From contig JBGSUL010000002.1 in NCBI GenBank assembly GCA_041736155.1, forward strand, positions 2,151 to 66,150: a stretch of DNA of 64,000 nucleotides, in the 5' to 3' direction. Of the stretch, positions 63,084 through 64,000 are shown piece by piece (the stretch's first letter is position 1; each line of letters opens with the position of its first letter). The DNA is from Bdellovibrionales bacterium (GTDB lineage Bacteria > Bdellovibrionota > Bdellovibrionia > Bdellovibrionales > JAGQZY01). A program made the position numbers and the translations under genes. The notes beneath the pieces are model-generated. The model worked only from the letters and a program-made list of their open reading frames with translations, did not search any database and was not told where the DNA came from.

Positions 63084-64000
63084 ATGAGTCAAATAAAAGT
63101 TCTCGTTGTGGATGATGATCAAACACTACGAGCTGCTCTCTTTCGTATCTATAGCCGCAAAGGCTTTCAAGTTCTCACGACGGCCAGCGCGAAAGAGGCT
63201 GAACATGTGATCGCCAACGAAGCGGCGATTGATCTGGTTCTTCTCGATATAAAACTTCCCGATGGCGACGGAATCGAAATTTTGCGCATGGTAAAAAAGA
63301 AGTACGACCAAACACCGGTCATCGTACTTACCGGGTTTGGCTCTGTGGACCTCGCTGTAGAAGCCACAAAGCTGGGCGCTTATCATTTTATGACAAAGCC
63401 TTTTAATATAGAAGAGCTGACGTTGCTTTCTGACAAAGCGCTTTCGCACACGCGTCTTATCTCTGAGAACGAACGACTCAAAAATCAACTTTATAGCAAA
63501 TATCGTTTTGACAATATCATTGGTCAAAGTGACAGCATTAAAAAAGTTTTATCCCTTGTAGAAAAAGTGGCTGACTCGGACTCTACTATTTTGATCACCG
63601 GTGAAAGCGGCACAGGCAAAGAGTTGATTGCGAAAGCGATTCACTATAATTCTCCGCGCGCAACAAAGTCATTTATTCCAATCAATTGTGGTGCGATTCC
63701 TGCTGAACTTTTAGAAAGTGAATTGTTTGGTCACGTCAAAGGAGCTTTTACGGGGGCGATCAGCAATCGCGCCGGCCGTTTTGAATTAGCCAACCATGGT
63801 TCCATTTTTCTCGATGAGATCGGCGACCTCAGCACCAACTTACAGGTGAAACTTTTACGCGTTCTGCAAGATCACAGATTTGAAGCTGTCGGCAGTGCGA
63901 AAACCGTCGAAGCCAACATTCGTGTGATCGCAGCAACAAATGTGAATCTTAAAGAAGCGGTGAAAGATGGACGTTTCCGTGAAGATTTATTTTATCGTCT
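63084..64000 (+). CDS. Sigma-54-dependent response regulator (NtrC family), 3' end truncated by the window
   Basis: Not in the ORF track because there is no stop. ATG at 63084 after AGGGAAGGA. Receiver domain (VLVVDDD...LLDIKLPDG...MTKPF), then AAA+ motifs GESGTGKE, GAFTGA and RFREDLFYR. Confidence 0.9.
   Translation, partial: MSQIKVLVVDDDQTLRAALFRIYSRKGFQVLTTASAKEAEHVIANEAAIDLVLLDIKLPDGDGIEILRMVKKKYDQTPVIVLTGFGSVDLAVEATKLGAYHFMTKPFNIEELTLLSDKALSHTRLISENERLKNQLYSKYRFDNIIGQSDSIKKVLSLVEKVADSDSTILITGESGTGKELIAKAIHYNSPRATKSFIPINCGAIPAELLESELFGHVKGAFTGAISNRAGRFELANHGSIFLDEIGDLSTNLQVKLLRVLQDHRFEAVGSAKTVEANIRVIAATNVNLKEAVKDGRFREDLFYR

Overview
This 64-kb chromosomal segment comes from a flagellated Gram-negative bacterium. 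The gene content looks Bdellovibrio-like (Bdellovibrionota): two short tandem flagellins, fliD/fliS/flaG, many exported proteases, and lipoproteins with FQNCG-type lipoboxes. That taxonomic guess is inference only. I call about 58 protein genes. I recognised no rRNA, tRNA, tmRNA, CRISPR array, transposase or integrase.

Gene content by region:
- 1-4.4 kb: a dabB-dabA inorganic-carbon pump operon. dabA is missing from the ORF track because it runs off the window; I translated it by hand. A small wHTH regulator is transcribed divergently.
- 4.4-5.5 kb: a region free of long ORFs and rich in helices.
- 5.5-12 kb: oligopeptidase B and several secreted or lipoprotein genes.
- 12-20 kb: housekeeping genes (rluB, smpB, rsmA, tsaD, cpoB, pal).
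- 20-23 kb: a large outer-membrane protein with an HExxH domain, PD40 repeats and an Omp85 barrel.
- 23-28 kb: ssb, an aminotransferase and rsmD.
- 28-38 kb: a flagellar filament locus that also carries a histidine kinase, a response regulator, a TPR protein and an unknown gene.
- 38-43 kb: TolC plus an RND pump with no adaptor gene.
- 43-47 kb: a PilZ protein, an HD-domain protein, thyA and folA.
- 47-50 kb: two Cys-rich secreted proteins.
- 50-64 kb: trmFO, a dciA-like gene, a YkuD_2 gene, an FtsK-4TM-only protein, an ABC membrane domain without an ATPase followed by HlyD and TolC, glmS-glmU, and a second histidine kinase with a sigma-54 activator (truncated at the window end).

Most unusual observations:
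1. A 771-bp segment bounded by perfect 35-bp inverted repeats, with a third internal copy forming a 50-bp perfect hairpin. It sits between the stop codons of two convergent genes and carries one orphan ORF.
2. A POTRA-less Omp85 barrel fused to an HExxH domain and a TolB-like propeller, divergent from pal.
3. An ABC-exporter membrane domain with no nucleotide-binding domain, in an operon with HlyD and TolC.
4. About 0.8 kb with no long ORF, carrying nested helices and a repeated operator-like 9-mer.
5. A family of sigma-28-type promoters sharing an extended -10 (CCGAWRG-TCTAG). They lie in front of the flagellins and also in front of non-flagellar secreted or membrane proteins.
6. Several very long perfect intergenic palindromes.

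All functional calls rest on motifs read by eye and on family knowledge. No database search was run.
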